From Myxococcota bacterium (GTDB lineage Bacteria; Myxococcota_A; UBA9160; UBA4427), in the NCBI GenBank assembly GCA_036336835.1, contig JAYZFK010000082.1, forward strand, positions 1 through 64,000: 64,000 nt of DNA, written 5' to 3'. This document shows positions 61,499-64,000 of this stretch, in pieces. How positions within the stretch are numbered: position 1 is the first letter of the stretch; each line of letters opens with the position of its first letter. The translations under genes and the position numbers were made by a program. A model generated the notes under the pieces. That model saw only the letters and a program-made list of their open reading frames with translations, had not been told where the DNA came from and made no database searches.

Positions 61499-61936
61499 AT
61501 GAACATCAATCCCAAGTCATCGAAGCTAGTTCTCGTCTGCGCGCTCGGCATGCTGGCGGCCTTCTTCGTGCCGTGGCTCGATTACTCCGACGCCGGAATG
61601 TCCGGCTACAACCTTGGCCTGCTCGGCCCCTTTGGATACTACGTCTGGATCGTTCCGGCTCTCGCCGCGGCGACCGTCCTGCTCAGCGTCCTCGGCGTCA
61701 GCAATCGAGGAATCGGCGCCGTCTGCGGAATCGTCCCGCTCGGGTCGATCGTTTACTTCATGTTCAGGCTGGTCAATGAGGGACAAGACCGCACGACTGA
61801 GGGGCTTCTGGGGCTCGCCGGTCGCGTGCTCGAGCTTGGAGCATGGCTCACGATCATCTTCAGCGTCGTGATCATCATCGCGGCCGTCGTTCGCCGGGCA
61901 GGATCCACGCCCCAGACTACACAGTCCGGGGCTTGA
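61499..61936 (+). CDS. Small integral membrane protein (about 4 TM)
   Basis: GAGG RBS; FFVPW...SGYNL...LGAWL with four hydrophobic segments. Confidence 0.7.
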   Translation: MNINPKSSKLVLVCALGMLAAFFVPWLDYSDAGMSGYNLGLLGPFGYYVWIVPALAAATVLLSVLGVSNRGIGAVCGIVPLGSIVYFMFRLVNEGQDRTTEGLLGLAGRVLELGAWLTIIFSVVIIIAAVVRRAGSTPQTTQSGA

Positions 61937-62226
61937 AGCGAGTCGGATCGGACGATGCACGCTGCGTCGATCCTGGGTCCGCTCGGACGGCCCGGACTCC
62001 GATTTCGAGGCCTGGCCCCGCGGCAGGCTCGCCCCGGCTCAGCTCGCTAACGCCAGATGGACGAGCAGGCGTCGACCTAGGCCGCCTGCGGGATCGTCGT
62101 CCTTGACGGTGTAGCGAGCAGGCTACTATACAGTCTGGACGGGGTAGGCCACGCGAATGCTCTGACTGGCGTCGGTCCCAGACTGGCTGCAGCCGCTCGT
62201 GGATTCGCTCAGGCTGGAGATCGGAG

Positions 62227-62868
62227 ATGAATCGATCGCTCCGGCTAGCATATGTCCTGCTCGCGATCGCCTCGTTCACGATGCTTGCGGAGCGCTCGCA
62301 GGCATATGATGTCGAGGCCGATAGCACCACCAACACGGTCTTCGTCCTGTTGTGGAACGGCAATCCGGCGGCATCGTTCGAGTCCATCACGATCAGCGAG
62401 GCTCTGCCGGCCATCGTCACGCAGGCCACGGCGAGCATCATCCCGGCCTCGGTTCCCGCCAACGGGAGTGACCTCGCGGCCATCGACTTCGACGTCCCGG
62501 CGGGAGCAGCACTCGGCTCCAGTGGAGACCTCGTCATCACGGTGTCCGGGAGCGCGTCCGGCCAGCCGATCGACGTCGTCCTGACGGTGCCGCTGCAGGT
62601 CGTCGCGACGGCCCCGGCGGCACAGGGTGTCGTCGGTGTGGGGATCCCGGCACCCGACCCCGGCGGTGTCGACAGCGACGCCGACGGCGTCAGCGACGCG
62701 CTCGAGATCGCGTTTGGAAGCGATCCCTTCGATCCGGCTTCGATGCCCGGCAAGACGGTGTCGGTCCCGTCGCTGGAAGCCATCGGGCTCACATGCCTCG
62801 CCGCGCTGCTCATGCTGGGCAGTGTCTGGCTGATGCGGCGACGCCCGCCGCAGCCGAGCGTCCCATGA
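62227..62868 (+). CDS. Secreted protein with a thrombospondin-3-like Ca motif and an IPTL-CTERM-like sorting signal
   Basis: Signal peptide (SQA); DSDADGVSDALE..FGSDP.DP; C-terminal VPSL + TM helix + RRR. Confidence 0.75.
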   Translation: MNRSLRLAYVLLAIASFTMLAERSQAYDVEADSTTNTVFVLLWNGNPAASFESITISEALPAIVTQATASIIPASVPANGSDLAAIDFDVPAGAALGSSGDLVITVSGSASGQPIDVVLTVPLQVVATAPAAQGVVGVGIPAPDPGGVDSDADGVSDALEIAFGSDPFDPASMPGKTVSVPSLEAIGLTCLAALLMLGSVWLMRRRPPQPSVP

Positions 62869-64000
62869 GCGCCGTGCGAAGGCACTGGCCGTTGTGGACC
62901 GTCGTTGCGCTGCTGGCGGCGACGAACGCACACGCCGGAGATCCCACGCGCATTCAGCTCGTGGCCGACATCCCGGCTCTGGCGCTCAGCATCGTCGATG
63001 CGTCGGGCGCGATCTCCGGAGAGGTCGACGGGATCGCGACCGATGCGCTGGCGGGCCCGAATCCGGGCGAGGTCATCGGGGCGGCGCAGCTGGGACTGTC
63101 GATTCCCACGACTTCAGGGGTAGTGACCTGGGGCCACCGCGACGGCACCGAAACCTTCGTCGCCGGCCTGCCCGCGATGGACGTCGATGGCAGCTATGCG
63201 GATCCCTTCCCGGGAGCGATCCTCGAGAAGCTCTACAACCCGCCGATCGAGTTCGACGCCACCGGTTCGAACAACGCGGCACAACGCAGCGTCTCGTTGG
63301 CGGTGCGCATCGAGCAGCCCTCGGGAGGCACGATCGTCGTCTGGAAGGACATCGTCCTGGTCAAACCCCCGGTGGTGCTCGTGCACGGCATCAGCCAGAA
63401 CCCGTCGGCATGGGCCGGGTTCGAGAACGAATTCAGGAACAACCGCGGCTTCAAGACCTTCGCCGTCGACCACTCCGGGGGCTCGTATACCAGCGGCGCG
63501 CCAACCTGGGGGGGCAACGGGGACATCCACGACTCGTATCAATTCGTGCGCGGGAACATGCCCGGCTCGGTCGGAGTGGCCGAGGCGCTCGCCCGCTTCC
63601 GCACCGGAGACGCGACCGCGCATGCGGGCCTGAAGATCGTGGTGCAGAAGGCGGACGTCGTCGGGAGCAGCTACGGAGGCCTGCTCTCGCGCTGGTACGT
63701 CGAGCAGGCCGTGGACTATGGCGACGACGTCCGCAAGCTGATCACCATGGGAACACCGCACCGCGGCGTGCCCGCGACCAACATGAACGCGCAGGCAGCG
63801 AACGACGATGTCATCGCCAACGCCTCCTCCCAGCTCTTCTCGCCGTTCGACACCATGGCGGGCACCTTGCAGCTGATCGATGACCTGGGGTTCCTCCGCT
63901 GGAAGCAGGACCCGATGGACCCCATGAACGACGACGTCGTCCCCTCGCTCCAGGTGATGACCTTCGGCTCGGAGGTCCTGGCCCAGCTCAACGACTCCGC
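62865..64000 (+). CDS. Secreted alpha/beta-hydrolase (lipase/PGAP1-like), runs off the window edge
   Basis: Not in the ORF track. Manual translation from ATG 62865 (ATGA overlap): MSAVRRHWPLWTVVALLAATNAHA signal, PPVVLVHGISQ, ADVVGSSYGGLLSRWY, VRKLITMGTPHRG. Confidence 0.85.
   Translation, partial: MSAVRRHWPLWTVVALLAATNAHAGDPTRIQLVADIPALALSIVDASGAISGEVDGIATDALAGPNPGEVIGAAQLGLSIPTTSGVVTWGHRDGTETFVAGLPAMDVDGSYADPFPGAILEKLYNPPIEFDATGSNNAAQRSVSLAVRIEQPSGGTIVVWKDIVLVKPPVVLVHGISQNPSAWAGFENEFRNNRGFKTFAVDHSGGSYTSGAPTWGGNGDIHDSYQFVRGNMPGSVGVAEALARFRTGDATAHAGLKIVVQKADVVGSSYGGLLSRWYVEQAVDYGDDVRKLITMGTPHRGVPATNMNAQAANDDVIANASSQLFSPFDTMAGTLQLIDDLGFLRWKQDPMDPMNDDVVPSLQVMTFGSEVLAQLNDS

Noticed and set aside
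62103..62185. Riboswitch in the leader of the 62227 gene (CAGTCTGG/CCAGACTG stem after a TTGACG box)
   Set aside because: A single 8-bp stem in GC-rich DNA, ambiguous promoter spacing and no aptamer motif recognised

Overview
GC-rich bacterial chromosome segment, probably from a Myxococcota/deltaproteobacterial-type organism (inferred from an MglA-family GTPase, the ftsH-folP-cdaA-cdaR-glmM gene order and an IF3 with an ATC start and C-terminal tail). Bases 1-44.6 kb are mostly minus-strand housekeeping genes: tilS-ftsH-folP-cdaA-cdaR-glmM-pdxJ-like-nnr-tsaE-lysC-comEA-yihY-iscS-mnmA-rnc-era; merR-icmF-mcm-meaB; mglA-like; ribBA-MoxR-VWA; miaB; guaB-guaA-dnaE; tRNA-Val(GAC); thrS-infC-rpmI-rplT-pheS. 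Bases 44.8-64 kb are accessory: a sigma54-preceded pair of secreted proteins, an internally duplicated unknown protein, lipid/steroid-type modifying enzymes (hot-dog hydratases, acyl-CoA ligase, sulfatase, amidohydrolase, extended SDR, P450, family VIII esterase, SDR), a GT-C glycosyltransferase and an IPTL-CTERM-like protein coupled to a secreted lipase. The most notable observations are: (1) an unannotated plus-strand transcription unit of about 190 nt (consensus promoter, nested stems, C-rich loop, polar intrinsic terminator), a candidate sRNA; (2) an intact PdxJ-fold ORF that has lost almost all catalytic residues and is coupled to the c-di-AMP/GlmM operon, a candidate pseudoenzyme; (3) a ChsH1/ChsH2-like pair coupled to a lipoprotein sulfatase. 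No CRISPR, rRNA or mobile element was seen. All calls come from reading motifs by eye; no database searches were run.
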